Source: Pyrinomonadaceae bacterium (GTDB taxonomy: Bacteria; Acidobacteriota; Blastocatellia; Pyrinomonadales; Pyrinomonadaceae). From it: a stretch of DNA of 64,000 bases. Under the pieces are notes generated by a model. It was given only the letters and a program-made list of their open reading frames with translations. It was not told where the DNA came from and ran no database searches. Position numbers and translations under genes: made by a program. The stretch is taken from assembly GCA_035512935.1 (NCBI GenBank), contig DATKDA010000071.1:7042-71041 (forward strand), in the 5' to 3' direction. Shown here in pieces: positions 26,460 to 36,678 of this stretch; position 1 is the first letter of the stretch, and each line of letters starts with the position of its first letter.

Positions 26460-28221
26460 GCTTCGTCGCCAAAGGCAGCGTTATCAAGCGCCGACGCTCG
26501 CACTCTTGCTTGTGACATCGGTGTTGATGCAACCAGGCTGTTTCACTGGTTTTGGCGGACAAGATTATTACGGGCGCATAGTTGTACCCCGTTCGCAGAA
26601 CTTTCGTTGGAGTAATGGCGGCCTGCCTCAAACTTTTGACCCTGCTTACGCCGTCGCGCCGCCTGACACTGATCTAATCCGCGCTATCTTCGAAGGCTTG
26701 ACTGACTACGACCCGCGAACGCTGGCCCCGATTCCTGGAGTAGCCACTCGTTGGGAGCCTTCTGACGACGGGCAGACTTGGACTTTCTATTTGCGCCCTA
26801 ATGCGCGCTGGTCTAATGGAGAACCAGTGACCGCGCTGGACTTTGTTCGCTCATGGCAACGAACCGTAAGGATCGGAGAACTTGCGCCACATACAGATTT
26901 GATGAGTAACATCGTCGGCGTCAAAGCTCAATTGTCGCCCACAAACCGGACTGGGTCAGGCTCGCCGAAACCAGATGCCATGAGTATCCCGCAGGGCATG
27001 CCTGAAGCTGACCAAAGTTTCGGCGCTACCGCGATCAGCGAGCATGTTCTGGAGGTCCGGCTGGAGCGTCCGGATATGAGTTTTCCATCTCTTGTGTCGC
27101 ATCCCGTATTTCGCCCTGTAAAGCTGCCGGACAAGGAACCAACGACCCAACGTCTTGATCCCGAAGAGGTTATTTCGAATGGGGCCTTTGCGCTTGCCTC
27201 AAGAGAAGAGGACGAGGTTTTGCTCGAGCGCGCCGATTATTACTGGGATAAGAGCGCGGTTAACCTAAACCGAGTTCACTTTGTCGGCGCCAGGAACGCG
27301 GAGGAAGCGCTGGCGGCTTATCGTGAGGGGGAGGTTGATGCCCTAACCAATGCTGCCTTCGAACCTCTCGCGATCAAGCTGCTGACTCCATACAAGGACT
27401 TTCGCCGTGAAACCTATGGAGCGCTGAACTATTACAGCTTCAATGTCAGAAAAGCGCCCTTCGACGATGTCCGTGTGCGTGAAGCGATGGCATTGGCGAT
27501 CGACCGCGAACGAATTAGCCAGGACAATCTAGCGGGCTCAACCGAGCCGGCGAAGAGGTTTCTGCCCGATGCCATGACTGTCTATCGGGAACCGGTCGTC
27601 GCAAAGTCCGAGTTGCTTGAAAAGGACATAGCTCGTGCCATGGAGTTGCTAGCCGAAGCAGGGTTTCCCGATGGCGAGGGTTTTCCGACAGTGCGGTTGC
27701 TGATTAATCGAAACGAGCAACAACGGCTGGTGGCTCGGTCAATTGCCGGGATGTGGCGCAGTAACTTAAACATTGAGACCGAAATCATCATCAAGAACTG
27801 GGATGAATACGAAGCGGCTATTCGCGCAGGCGATTACGATCTTGTCCGCCGAGGAGTCGTAATGCAAACAACGGACGAACTTACGAATATGCGGATGATC
27901 TTTCGACACGAGGATCCTGCTATGCAATCGGGAGGCAATCAACAAGGTTCGATCGGCATAGAACGGCTGGGCGAACGAAAAGTCCCGGGATTGGTCGAGA
28001 TTGAGTCGGAGGCCCAAGCTCTGAATGAGTTAAGGGGCATGCCGATCTATTTTGCTTCGTCCAGTTCACTCGTCAAGCCGTACGTGAGAGGTTTTGACAC
28101 TAATGTTTTCGACGCTCCATCACTGAAACACGTACGCATCGAGACGAATTGGAAGCCGTCTGGTTCCTCACGTTCTCCCACAGCAACATGGTTTAGAAGA
28201 AATCATGAGGCAACCGAATAA
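26422..28221 (+). CDS. ABC transporter substrate-binding protein, family 5 (peptide/nickel), probable lipoprotein
   Basis: SBP_bac_5-like sequence (WSNGEPVTALDFVRSWQR). Lipobox-like LMQPGC. Overlaps the coaE 3' end by 38 nt. Confidence 0.8.
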   Translation: MSHFSLNWTLRLKLRRQRQRYQAPTLALLLVTSVLMQPGCFTGFGGQDYYGRIVVPRSQNFRWSNGGLPQTFDPAYAVAPPDTDLIRAIFEGLTDYDPRTLAPIPGVATRWEPSDDGQTWTFYLRPNARWSNGEPVTALDFVRSWQRTVRIGELAPHTDLMSNIVGVKAQLSPTNRTGSGSPKPDAMSIPQGMPEADQSFGATAISEHVLEVRLERPDMSFPSLVSHPVFRPVKLPDKEPTTQRLDPEEVISNGAFALASREEDEVLLERADYYWDKSAVNLNRVHFVGARNAEEALAAYREGEVDALTNAAFEPLAIKLLTPYKDFRRETYGALNYYSFNVRKAPFDDVRVREAMALAIDRERISQDNLAGSTEPAKRFLPDAMTVYREPVVAKSELLEKDIARAMELLAEAGFPDGEGFPTVRLLINRNEQQRLVARSIAGMWRSNLNIETEIIIKNWDEYEAAIRAGDYDLVRRGVVMQTTDELTNMRMIFRHEDPAMQSGGNQQGSIGIERLGERKVPGLVEIESEAQALNELRGMPIYFASSSSLVKPYVRGFDTNVFDAPSLKHVRIETNWKPSGSSRSPTATWFRRNHEATE

Positions 28222-28549
28222 GCAAAAGTTCTCGGGGGTTAGCATCATTCGCAGTTGGCGAGTATCAGCAAACCCTCCTTTTCGAATTCGCCTCTAAGTT
28301 GTTTTGCTGCATTAATAACTGAAGACACCCATTCGCTAGTTAGCTGTAAAGTGTCTTGATGAAAGCTCCATCGCATGATAAGTTGGGCCTGCCTGCTCCA
28401 TTGCGAAGAACGGTTTTTCTCTCCTGGCGTTAAGTTTTAGCGGTACTCCCCTTAGCTCTGTTGTTGAAGCTGTGGCGGGTCTCTTTCTCGCGTAGACCGG
28501 TTGGCAATTGAATCATCCTGATGCGCGGCAAGTGAAGGAAGGAAATCCG

Positions 28550-30532
28550 ATGATCAAACTTTATTCAAAACAACTGATAGCGGCGTTTGCGCTCGTGGCG
28601 GTCGCATGGTTCTCATTATCATGCAATGTGGCTGTTGGTGATGAGGCTTTCTTTGGGGCCACAGTCCCGCCCCAACGTAACATCCTTCGCTATGTGACCG
28701 GTGACGAACCGGAATCTTTGGATCCGCCAGTCAGCTCGGGTCAACCGGAAGCTCGTATCTACATGGCCCTTTACGAAGGACTGGTTGAGTACCACCCCAA
28801 GACTTTGGACCCGATGCCGGCCCTGGCTGAACGCTGGGACGTCAACAACGACTCTTCCGAGTTCGTATTCCACCTGCGCAAGAATGGTCGATGGTCCAAT
28901 GGGGATCCGATAAACGCACACGATTTTGTTTACAGCTTCCGCCGCGCGTTGTCTCCTGAACTGGCCTCCCGGAACGCTTATCTTGCCTATTACATCAAAT
29001 ATGCTCAGGCGTACAACGAGGGTGCAGTCTTCGTGCGTGACCCCGCTACTGGTAGCTTTCTTCAGACCAGAGACTTCGATTCCCCTGCGACTGAACACCC
29101 CGTGCCTTTAAGCGAAGAGTCAGTTTCGGCGGAGAAGCCGGAGTTCAAGCCTACCGCCGAAGAAGCTGAACCCGATCCGGATACTGCTTTTCATCAGTTT
29201 ATGCACTCGCCGCTGCGACTCACGCTTCCCGGAGACGAAGAATCGCGCAACGAGCTTCTGGAATCGAATGCAAAGCTGAAGGCCGCCGTCGCCAACAAAG
29301 AGTTTGTGAAGGTATCAGGAGAGCACATCGGCATCGAGGCGGTTGACGATTACACGGTGCGCATCTCTTTGGTCCAGCCCGCGCCGTTCTTTAGCGGACT
29401 AGTGGCCCACCAGTTCTTCCGGCTGGCCCCCCGTAAGGCGATTGAGAAACATGGCATTCGCTGGACAGAACCCCGAAACATTGTTACCTGTGGGCCGTTC
29501 AAGGTAAAAAGCTGGACACCGTATCATTCGCTCGTTGTTGAACGCGACCCCATGTACTGGGATGCGGCGCGTGTGCAGCTTGATGAAATCCACTTCTTTC
29601 CGATGCAAGACAATCCTAGCATCATGAATCTTTACAAGGTTGGAGAGGTCGATGCTGTCCTTAACCATAGCGTCCCGAACGCCTGGCTCGATGTTGTTCG
29701 CCAAAAGAAAGACTACATGGATGCTCCGGAAGTAGCCATCGACTACATTCAGATCAACACGACCGAGCCGCCCATGAATGATGTTCGCGTCAGGCGCGCT
29801 TTTAATATGGCCATCGATAAAGAGGCCTGGGCCACCTGGAGAAAAATCGTCTTGCCGTTAACAGCTTTTTCGCCCGAAGGGATCTTTCAAAATTACCCGC
29901 AACCAAAGGGGGATCGGTTTGACCCAGAGCGGGCGCGAGCACTGTTAGGGGAGGCGGGCTTTCCTGTCACGCAAAGAAGTGACGGTAGTTATGAATGCAA
30001 GAACTTCCCGCCTGGCCAGGTTGAGTATATCTACAATACTCAGGAATCGAACAAGGCGATGGCTGAATTCATGCAGGCGCAATGGAAACAGAACCTGGGC
30101 ATCACCGTGCCACTCCGTAACATGGAATGGAAAACCTTCTTAAATGTGCGGGCGAGACGCGAGTATAAGGGGTTCTCTCGTGCTGGCTGGGTAGGAGACT
30201 ACATGGATCCGTTTACCTTCCTTGGCCTGTTTTACACTCCGGAAGGGGACAATGGAACCGGATGGTGGGATCCGAAATATGTAGCAATGCTCGACCAGGC
30301 CAACCGGACGCTCGACAAACAGCAGCGTTACGAGTTGCTCGCCAAAGCAGAGGCGTTTTTAATTGAAGCGCAACCCGTTATTCCGATTGATACGGCCGCA
30401 GTGAACTGGGTCAAAAAACCATATGTCAAGGGGATGTTTCCTAATCCCGCATCTCTCTTCGCATGGAAATATGTTTACATCGAGCGCGATCAAGGAAAGT
30501 GGGATTACGGAACGCCGAGCCTGGCAGAGTGA
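28550..30532 (+). CDS. ABC transporter substrate-binding protein, family 5 (oligopeptide OppA-like)
   Basis: WSNGDPINAHDFVYSFRR motif and a signal peptide. Start chosen at ATG 28550, downstream of an AAGGAAGGA tract. Confidence 0.85.
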   Translation: MIKLYSKQLIAAFALVAVAWFSLSCNVAVGDEAFFGATVPPQRNILRYVTGDEPESLDPPVSSGQPEARIYMALYEGLVEYHPKTLDPMPALAERWDVNNDSSEFVFHLRKNGRWSNGDPINAHDFVYSFRRALSPELASRNAYLAYYIKYAQAYNEGAVFVRDPATGSFLQTRDFDSPATEHPVPLSEESVSAEKPEFKPTAEEAEPDPDTAFHQFMHSPLRLTLPGDEESRNELLESNAKLKAAVANKEFVKVSGEHIGIEAVDDYTVRISLVQPAPFFSGLVAHQFFRLAPRKAIEKHGIRWTEPRNIVTCGPFKVKSWTPYHSLVVERDPMYWDAARVQLDEIHFFPMQDNPSIMNLYKVGEVDAVLNHSVPNAWLDVVRQKKDYMDAPEVAIDYIQINTTEPPMNDVRVRRAFNMAIDKEAWATWRKIVLPLTAFSPEGIFQNYPQPKGDRFDPERARALLGEAGFPVTQRSDGSYECKNFPPGQVEYIYNTQESNKAMAEFMQAQWKQNLGITVPLRNMEWKTFLNVRARREYKGFSRAGWVGDYMDPFTFLGLFYTPEGDNGTGWWDPKYVAMLDQANRTLDKQQRYELLAKAEAFLIEAQPVIPIDTAAVNWVKKPYVKGMFPNPASLFAWKYVYIERDQGKWDYGTPSLAE

Positions 30533-30591
30533 ATAACCCAAAACGAAAGATCTATCGGAAATTGGCTGTTGGTTTGCCTGTCTGAGTAAAC

Positions 30592-31515
30592 ATGCTGCGA
30601 TTCATCATTCGCCGTCTGATTATCACCATACCTACGATCCTCGTCGTAATCACTTTGACATGGGGATTAATACGACTTGCGCCCGGCAATTTTTATTCCG
30701 GAGAGAAGCGACTCCCACCCGCAATCGAAAAAAATATCCGGCAAAAGTATGGCCTCGATCAACCGTGGTATGTTCAGTACGCGCGAACAATGGGCCAGAT
30801 CCTCAGACTGGACTTTGGAACGTCCCTTCGTTTCGAAGGTCAATCCGTAAATGGGATCATCGCTCGCTCTCTACCGATCTCAGCCGCACTGGGACTGTCT
30901 GCTTACATTCTGGCATTGATTGTGGGAATTATAGCGGGCTCGATTGCCGCGCTGAAGCAAAATTCCCGATGGGATTATGCTTCGATGGCCATGGCCATGC
31001 TGGGCATTTCTGTGCCTAATTTCGTCCTTGGACCAATCCTTGTTCTGGTATTCTCGCTGACCCTTTACTGGCTGCCACCCTCGCGCTGGGGTGGGTTCCC
31101 AAGTTGGAACCTTCTCCTTCCAACAATCACCCTGTCGGCGATCTATATGGCGTATATAGCTCGTCTGACACGCGCCGGCATGCTGGAGGTATTACGCTCC
31201 GATTATATCCGGACCGCCCGCGCTAAGGGCCTCAGCGAAAAGGATGTCGTTATCAAACATGCTCTCCGGGGGGGCTTGATGCCCGTTGTTTCCTTCACGG
31301 GACCAGCCCTGGCATTTCTTCTGACCGGAACCGTGGTCGTGGAACGAATCTTTGCCTATCCGGGGCTCGGCAACTACTTCATTCAAGCGGCGTTGAACCG
31401 CGACGAGCCACTGATCATCGGTATCGTCGCCTTTATCGCAATCACGTTGCTGCTCATGAATCTACTGGTCGACATAGCCTATGCGTATCTCGACCCACGC
31501 GTGCGATATTCATGA
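30592..31515 (+). CDS. ABC transporter permease (OppB/DppB-like)
   Basis: N-terminal MLRFIIRRL and the conserved YIRTARAKGLSE segment. Confidence 0.9.
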   Translation: MLRFIIRRLIITIPTILVVITLTWGLIRLAPGNFYSGEKRLPPAIEKNIRQKYGLDQPWYVQYARTMGQILRLDFGTSLRFEGQSVNGIIARSLPISAALGLSAYILALIVGIIAGSIAALKQNSRWDYASMAMAMLGISVPNFVLGPILVLVFSLTLYWLPPSRWGGFPSWNLLLPTITLSAIYMAYIARLTRAGMLEVLRSDYIRTARAKGLSEKDVVIKHALRGGLMPVVSFTGPALAFLLTGTVVVERIFAYPGLGNYFIQAALNRDEPLIIGIVAFIAITLLLMNLLVDIAYAYLDPRVRYS

Positions 31516-32567
31516 AAGACGACCGGCTCAACACCAGCGCTGAACCAGAAGCCGCACGCCAGGACGATCCGGCTCGCGGGGAGGTTGTTCATATTGCGCC
31601 CGAACTCGCCGTCGCTGAAGCCGACATTCACGTCGGTGTCGGGAAGGACGAACTGGTTGTCGGCACATCACTGTGGAAGGATGCCTGGCGGCGCTTACTG
31701 AAGAACCGCCTCGCTGTGTTCGGACTGATTGTAGTCGTCTTAATTACACTGGCATCGATTATTGGACCACCGGTGATTAAAGCTACAACCGGCTACACCT
31801 ACGACTACATTCCCGCCGACGTCAAAATGATCAAGGCAATGCCGCCCTTTACCGGCCCGGACGGCTCCTTCTCCTGGGTACATCCGATGGGTACAGACAA
31901 TGCCGGTCGGGATTTGCTGGCCCGAGTATTAATCGGTGGAAGAATCTCGCTCATGGTGGGGATCATTTCGACGCTGGTCTCTCTGCTCATCGGAGTTGGC
32001 TACGGCGCCATTGCCGGTTACCTTGGCGGACGCGTTGATAACATCATGATGCGGCTGGTAGATGTGCTCTATTCATTGCCTTACATCATCATCGTAATCG
32101 TCCTGCTTTCGATGTTTCGCAGCCAGACGCCACTTGGCCAACTGTTTCTCCTGTTCGTTGCTCTGGGTTCAGTTTCCTGGCTGACCATGGCGCGCATCGT
32201 GCGTGGCCAGGTGATTTCGCTGAAAAACCAGGAGTTTGTGCTGGCCGCCAGAGCAACCGGTGTTTCGACGCCGCGTATCATCTTTCGTCACGTTGTGCCC
32301 AATACTCTGGGTCCCGTGATTGTGTACGCGACTCTGACGATTCCGACGGTGATGCTAACGGAGGCGTTTTTGTCCTTCCTCGGGTTCGGAGTGCAGGCGC
32401 CGCTCGCTTCATGGGGCAGCCTTGCGGCTGATGGAATTCAGAACATTGCTATCTTTCCATGGCAATTGATTCTGCCGGGAGTAACGATGGCACTCACGCT
32501 CTTTTCCCTCAACTTTTTGGGTGATGGACTGCGCGACGCGCTCGATCCGCAGATGCGCAAGTTTTGA
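31512..32567 (+). CDS. ABC transporter permease (OppC/DppC-like) with an extended N-terminus
   Basis: Polytopic. The start overlaps the upstream stop (ATGA). Shows OppC-like conserved loops. Confidence 0.9.
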   Translation: MKDDRLNTSAEPEAARQDDPARGEVVHIAPELAVAEADIHVGVGKDELVVGTSLWKDAWRRLLKNRLAVFGLIVVVLITLASIIGPPVIKATTGYTYDYIPADVKMIKAMPPFTGPDGSFSWVHPMGTDNAGRDLLARVLIGGRISLMVGIISTLVSLLIGVGYGAIAGYLGGRVDNIMMRLVDVLYSLPYIIIVIVLLSMFRSQTPLGQLFLLFVALGSVSWLTMARIVRGQVISLKNQEFVLAARATGVSTPRIIFRHVVPNTLGPVIVYATLTIPTVMLTEAFLSFLGFGVQAPLASWGSLAADGIQNIAIFPWQLILPGVTMALTLFSLNFLGDGLRDALDPQMRKF

Positions 32568-32577
32568 TCAAAGGTAA

Positions 32578-33588
32578 ATGAACTCTACTAACGGAAAATT
32601 GCTCGAGGTCAGGAACCTTCAAACCTACTTTGAAACTGAAGACGGTACCGTAAAGGCCGTCGATGGCATCTCGTTCGAGGTCAAACGCGGCGAGACACTC
32701 GGGATCGTCGGTGAGTCGGGATCGGGAAAATCTGTTACTAACCTGTCCATCATCCGACTCATTCCAAACCCACCAGGTAAGGTTGTTGGTGGCGAAGTTA
32801 TTTTTGACGGTCAGGATCTTCTGCTGCTACCGGAAAACGAAATCCGCAAAGTCAGGGGCCGAAGAATCGCAATGATCTTTCAGGACCCGATGACCTCGCT
32901 AAATCCGTTTCTCAAGATCTCAAAGCAACTCATGGAAATGACGCGGTTGCATCTCGGACATACGAAAAAGCAGGCTTATGAGCATGCCGTAAGAATGCTT
33001 GAGACTGTTGGTATCCCCGATGCCCGCTCACGAGCCGATAGTTACCCGCATGAGTTTTCGGGTGGCATGAGGCAGCGCGTGATGATTGCCATGGCGCTCT
33101 CGTGCGAACCCGAGCTTCTGATTGCAGATGAACCCAGTACGGCGCTGGATGTGACGATTCAAGCCCAGATACTCGAACTGATCAAAAAGCTAAAGCATGA
33201 GACCGGAACAAGTGTGATTCTCATCACGCACGATCTGGGTGTGGTAGCGGGAATGACCGATCATGTGATCGTCATGTATGCCGGCAAAGTTTTCGAGCAA
33301 GGGCCAACCCGAGAGTTGTTTGGCACGCCGGGCAATCCATACACAAAGGGACTGCTCCGCTCTGTTCCCGATCCAACTTCCGAGCAGGGTGAACTTTATC
33401 AGATACCCGGATTGCCTCCGGATGTCGCCCGGCTGCCGCCCGGCTGTCCCTTTGCCCCGCGCTGCGATCGAGTGGAAGAGATCTGTCGAAATGAGTTTCC
33501 GCCATTTGTCCAGTTGACGAGAGACCATCACTCTCTCTGTCATTTCGCTAAAGAGGTTTATGAGGAGTCGCTTCAGACGGCCAGATGA
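32578..33588 (+). CDS. ABC transporter ATP-binding protein (OppD-like)
   Basis: Walker A GESGSGKS, signature FSGGMRQR, Walker [13 protein letters not shown], and an oligopeptide C-terminal Cys motif. Confidence 0.92.
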   Translation: MNSTNGKLLEVRNLQTYFETEDGTVKAVDGISFEVKRGETLGIVGESGSGKSVTNLSIIRLIPNPPGKVVGGEVIFDGQDLLLLPENEIRKVRGRRIAMIFQDPMTSLNPFLKISKQLMEMTRLHLGHTKKQAYEHAVRMLETVGIPDARSRADSYPHEFSGGMRQRVMIAMALSCEPELLIADEPSTALDVTIQAQILELIKKLKHETGTSVILITHDLGVVAGMTDHVIVMYAGKVFEQGPTRELFGTPGNPYTKGLLRSVPDPTSEQGELYQIPGLPPDVARLPPGCPFAPRCDRVEEICRNEFPPFVQLTRDHHSLCHFAKEVYEESLQTAR

Positions 33589-34718
33589 GTACTAATGAGG
33601 TAAGCATTACAGGCGGTGGACATATCGGCCCTCCTCCCGGCAACGGTGGAGAACCGTTGATGGCCATCCGTGATCTCAAGGTCCACTTTGACTTGGGCGG
33701 GGGATCAACATGGGACAAGCTTCTCGGCTCCAACCCGGTTCGGAGGATAGTCAAGGCCGTCGATGGAGTCTCAATTGACATTTATCCAGGCGAGACTCTG
33801 GGTCTCGTCGGAGAATCCGGTTGTGGCAAAACAACGTTCGGCCGGGCCATCCTCCGGCTTACGGAACCTACATCAGGAAATGTGCTCTTCCGAAACCGAG
33901 ATCTTGCCCATCTGTCGCTTCGCGAGATGCGGGAACATCGTCGTCACCTCCAGATCATCTTTCAGGATCCGTACGCTTCACTTAATCCACGCATGACGGT
34001 TGGTCAGATCGTCGGGGAACCGCTTGAGACTTTTGGACTTGCGCGGGGTAGCGAGGCTGAACGACGCGTACAGGAATTGATGGAGACCGTCGGTTTGAGT
34101 AAGCGCTTCATCAAGCGGTATCCACATGAGTTTTCAGGCGGTCAGCGCCAGCGTATCGGAATTGCAAGAGCCCTTGCTGTCGATCCGAACTTCATAGTTG
34201 CTGATGAACCAATCTCGGCTCTGGATGTTTCCATCCAGGCCCAGATCATGAACCTCCTCGAGAAGCTACAGCGGGAAAAAAACCTCACATATCTTTTCAT
34301 TTCGCACGATCTCCGCGCGATTCGGCACCTCTCGGATCGTGCTGCGGTCATGTATCTGGGGAAGCTGGTAGAAATTGCTGACGCCAAAACAATCTACGAC
34401 GATCCCTTGATGCCTTATACCAAGGCGCTGATCTCGGCTGTTCCCGTGCCTGACCCTGAAATAGAAGCCCTGAGGCAGCGAATCGTTCTAGAGGGTGACG
34501 TCCCCTCACCGATAAATCCTCCAGAAGGTTGCCGTTTTCATACGCGTTGTCCCTACGCTATCCAGGCTTGCAAGGAGGTGATTCCTCCGCTTGTCGAAAT
34601 TAGACCAAAACACTTTGCTGCCTGCATACGCATCAGTCCCGATCAGCCGCACATCGAGGACGTTGCGCCGGGTGAGGCTCCCGGTCTGAATGCCGCTCAA
34701 AGAGCAGGTTCAGAATGA
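33585..34718 (+). CDS. ABC transporter ATP-binding protein (OppF-like)
   Basis: Walker A GESGCGKT, signature FSGGQRQR, Walker [13 protein letters not shown]. Confidence 0.92.
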   Translation: MSTNEVSITGGGHIGPPPGNGGEPLMAIRDLKVHFDLGGGSTWDKLLGSNPVRRIVKAVDGVSIDIYPGETLGLVGESGCGKTTFGRAILRLTEPTSGNVLFRNRDLAHLSLREMREHRRHLQIIFQDPYASLNPRMTVGQIVGEPLETFGLARGSEAERRVQELMETVGLSKRFIKRYPHEFSGGQRQRIGIARALAVDPNFIVADEPISALDVSIQAQIMNLLEKLQREKNLTYLFISHDLRAIRHLSDRAAVMYLGKLVEIADAKTIYDDPLMPYTKALISAVPVPDPEIEALRQRIVLEGDVPSPINPPEGCRFHTRCPYAIQACKEVIPPLVEIRPKHFAACIRISPDQPHIEDVAPGEAPGLNAAQRAGSE

Positions 34719-34992
34719 CCTCATAATTCCTGCAAGTGTCTGTCTCTCACGACATTACGGCGTGAAATCTTTGCGGTATTAGTCGTATAGGTGAGGCGTA
34801 TCTTGTGCCTTATGACTCAGTTCAGATTCGCCGGCAGTCACCTGAGATTGGTGCCTTGTTCAGCGTGAATGGGAAAAACTATACTCTTTGTGGGGAAGAG
34901 GCCGCTAACCCACCCCATGCGCTAACAGTTCGCGCCATCTGACTTTTAGCGGAGTGTTCCGCTCCGGTTTTCCCAGATAGAAGTGACTTTGA

Positions 34993-36678
34993 ATGTCTAA
35001 GAAATCCCCCACCCAGAAGGCTGATATTGCTCAGGAACATCCCGAGGCTGTCCCTCCCGGCTGGCTTGAAGTCCAAGCGGATCTAGCAGAATCCTCTGGT
35101 CTATCCGTTCTGCTGGTCGAGGGTCACCAACCTCCAGCCGTCGCCATCTCAAACAACAACTCGATTTGTGAGACCTTTCAGGCCTCCCCGGAGCACGTGA
35201 AGCTCTGCGACTCTTATTGTGGAATCGCTCACCTCAGAGCAACCAGCGCCGGATCGGTGATCGAATACAAATGCCACGCTGGGCTACATTGCGTGGCCCT
35301 ACCTGCACCGATTGCACAAGGACGAGCCCTTGTGGTTATCGGTGGCCGGGCATTCTTAAAATCGACTGACTATAGCGCTCTTGTCGAAAGGTTTCATTCA
35401 GGTGACTTGCAGGAGTTATTGCCCCGAGACCCTTTTGCAAATGTGATCTTCGCCGATCAGGCGAAACTCGAACAACTAGCTGAGCGGATCGACAAGCTGG
35501 CTCGCACCTACGCCAACAAAAGCGCGTCGGAGAAGAGTGGTCTAACGAAGAAGCGTGGAACCCAGACCATCCGGCCGGCAATCAGGCTACAGGAAGAGGT
35601 TGAGCGATTGCGAAGTGAACTTGAGTATCGCGCCCGTTTCTCGGAATCGTTGCAAAACTTTCTCGAGCGAATCAGTTCAACCGAGACAGACAAGACCTAT
35701 ATCGCCGTCCTCACAAACTCGAAGGAGTTGCTTCAAGCAGAACGAGCCTCGCTCTTCATATTCGATGCACCTTCAAACGAATTAGTGTTAAAGGCCTCAA
35801 CGGGACTGCCGGTTGAAAGCTCGGCCGTTGCTCCTATCAGGCTCGGGCAGGGAATTGCCGGTGAAGTACTCGAAAAGGGCAAGGCGCTCCTTGTCGAAGA
35901 CATTCACAAAGCAGGTCTGAAACCCGCTCCGGCCGAACGTAAATACAAGACGAGATCGTTCATCAGTTATCCAATCACTATCAGTGGCCGCAAGATTGGC
36001 GTCTTGAATGTGACAGACAAACGCGGTGGAGCGAAGTACGATTACGTTGACCTCAGCTTGCTGGAACTGATTGGCCCTCAGGTCGCCCTCGCGCTGGAGC
36101 GTACGGAATGGCAGGAGCGGGCAACACAGTTTCAACTAATGTCAATTACCGATCCGCTCACGGGCCTACCGAACCGACGTTATCTCGAAGAGCGTCTAAC
36201 TGAAGAGTTGAACCGGTCGAAACGTTACGATTATCCGATGAGCTTTCTGATGATCGACATCGACGATTTTAAGACATATAACGATCTTAACGGTCATCAG
36301 GCCGGCGATTTGGCCCTGCAAATCGCTGCCCATTGTCTAAAAGCTTCACTCAGATCTGCCGATGTGGCGTCGCGATATGGCGGTGAAGAGTTCTGCATCC
36401 TTCTGCCGCAAACGTCCCTTAATGAGGCCGCAGTGATTGCTGAACGAATTAGACTGCGGGTGGCTGAGGCCCGGTTTCCTCATGGCCTGCGGCAACCGCT
36501 CGGAACGGTTACGATCAGCGTTGGGATTTCAACATTCTCAAAATTAATCGACACGGCCGAAAAGGTGATTGCCGCAGCGGACCGTGCACTCTATATCGCC
36601 AAGAGCAAAGGGAAGAACCGCGTCGAGCTTTATCAGGAAAAGCTCTCGAGTGGGATTCGAAGTGATGAGCCCAGATAG
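34993..36678 (+). CDS. diguanylate cyclase with a PocR-like Cys-rich sensor, coiled coil and GAF domain
   Basis: GGDEF domain with an intact active site RYGGEEF and an I-site RSAD five residues upstream. The GAF region is LFIFDAPSNELVLKAS...ISYPITISGRKIGVLNV. The N-terminal CDSYC...YKCHAGLHCVALP region is PocR-like. Confidence 0.88.
   Translation: MSKKSPTQKADIAQEHPEAVPPGWLEVQADLAESSGLSVLLVEGHQPPAVAISNNNSICETFQASPEHVKLCDSYCGIAHLRATSAGSVIEYKCHAGLHCVALPAPIAQGRALVVIGGRAFLKSTDYSALVERFHSGDLQELLPRDPFANVIFADQAKLEQLAERIDKLARTYANKSASEKSGLTKKRGTQTIRPAIRLQEEVERLRSELEYRARFSESLQNFLERISSTETDKTYIAVLTNSKELLQAERASLFIFDAPSNELVLKASTGLPVESSAVAPIRLGQGIAGEVLEKGKALLVEDIHKAGLKPAPAERKYKTRSFISYPITISGRKIGVLNVTDKRGGAKYDYVDLSLLELIGPQVALALERTEWQERATQFQLMSITDPLTGLPNRRYLEERLTEELNRSKRYDYPMSFLMIDIDDFKTYNDLNGHQAGDLALQIAAHCLKASLRSADVASRYGGEEFCILLPQTSLNEAAVIAERIRLRVAEARFPHGLRQPLGTVTISVGISTFSKLIDTAEKVIAAADRALYIAKSKGKNRVELYQEKLSSGIRSDEPR

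Noticed and set aside
34719-34992. Possible c-di-GMP (GEMM) riboswitch upstream of the diguanylate cyclase operon
   Set aside because: No GEMM-I or GEMM-II conserved cores are recognisable by eye. There is only a small hairpin, AGCGGA-GTGT-TCCGCT (near 34958-34973), and a weak TTGTTC-N18-TATACT promoter-like match (34856-34885).
36569-36664. Longer start for the large kinase-domain protein
   Set aside because: It would overlap the cyclase gene by 110 nt. The ATG at 36665 (GTGATG context) gives the usual short overlap.
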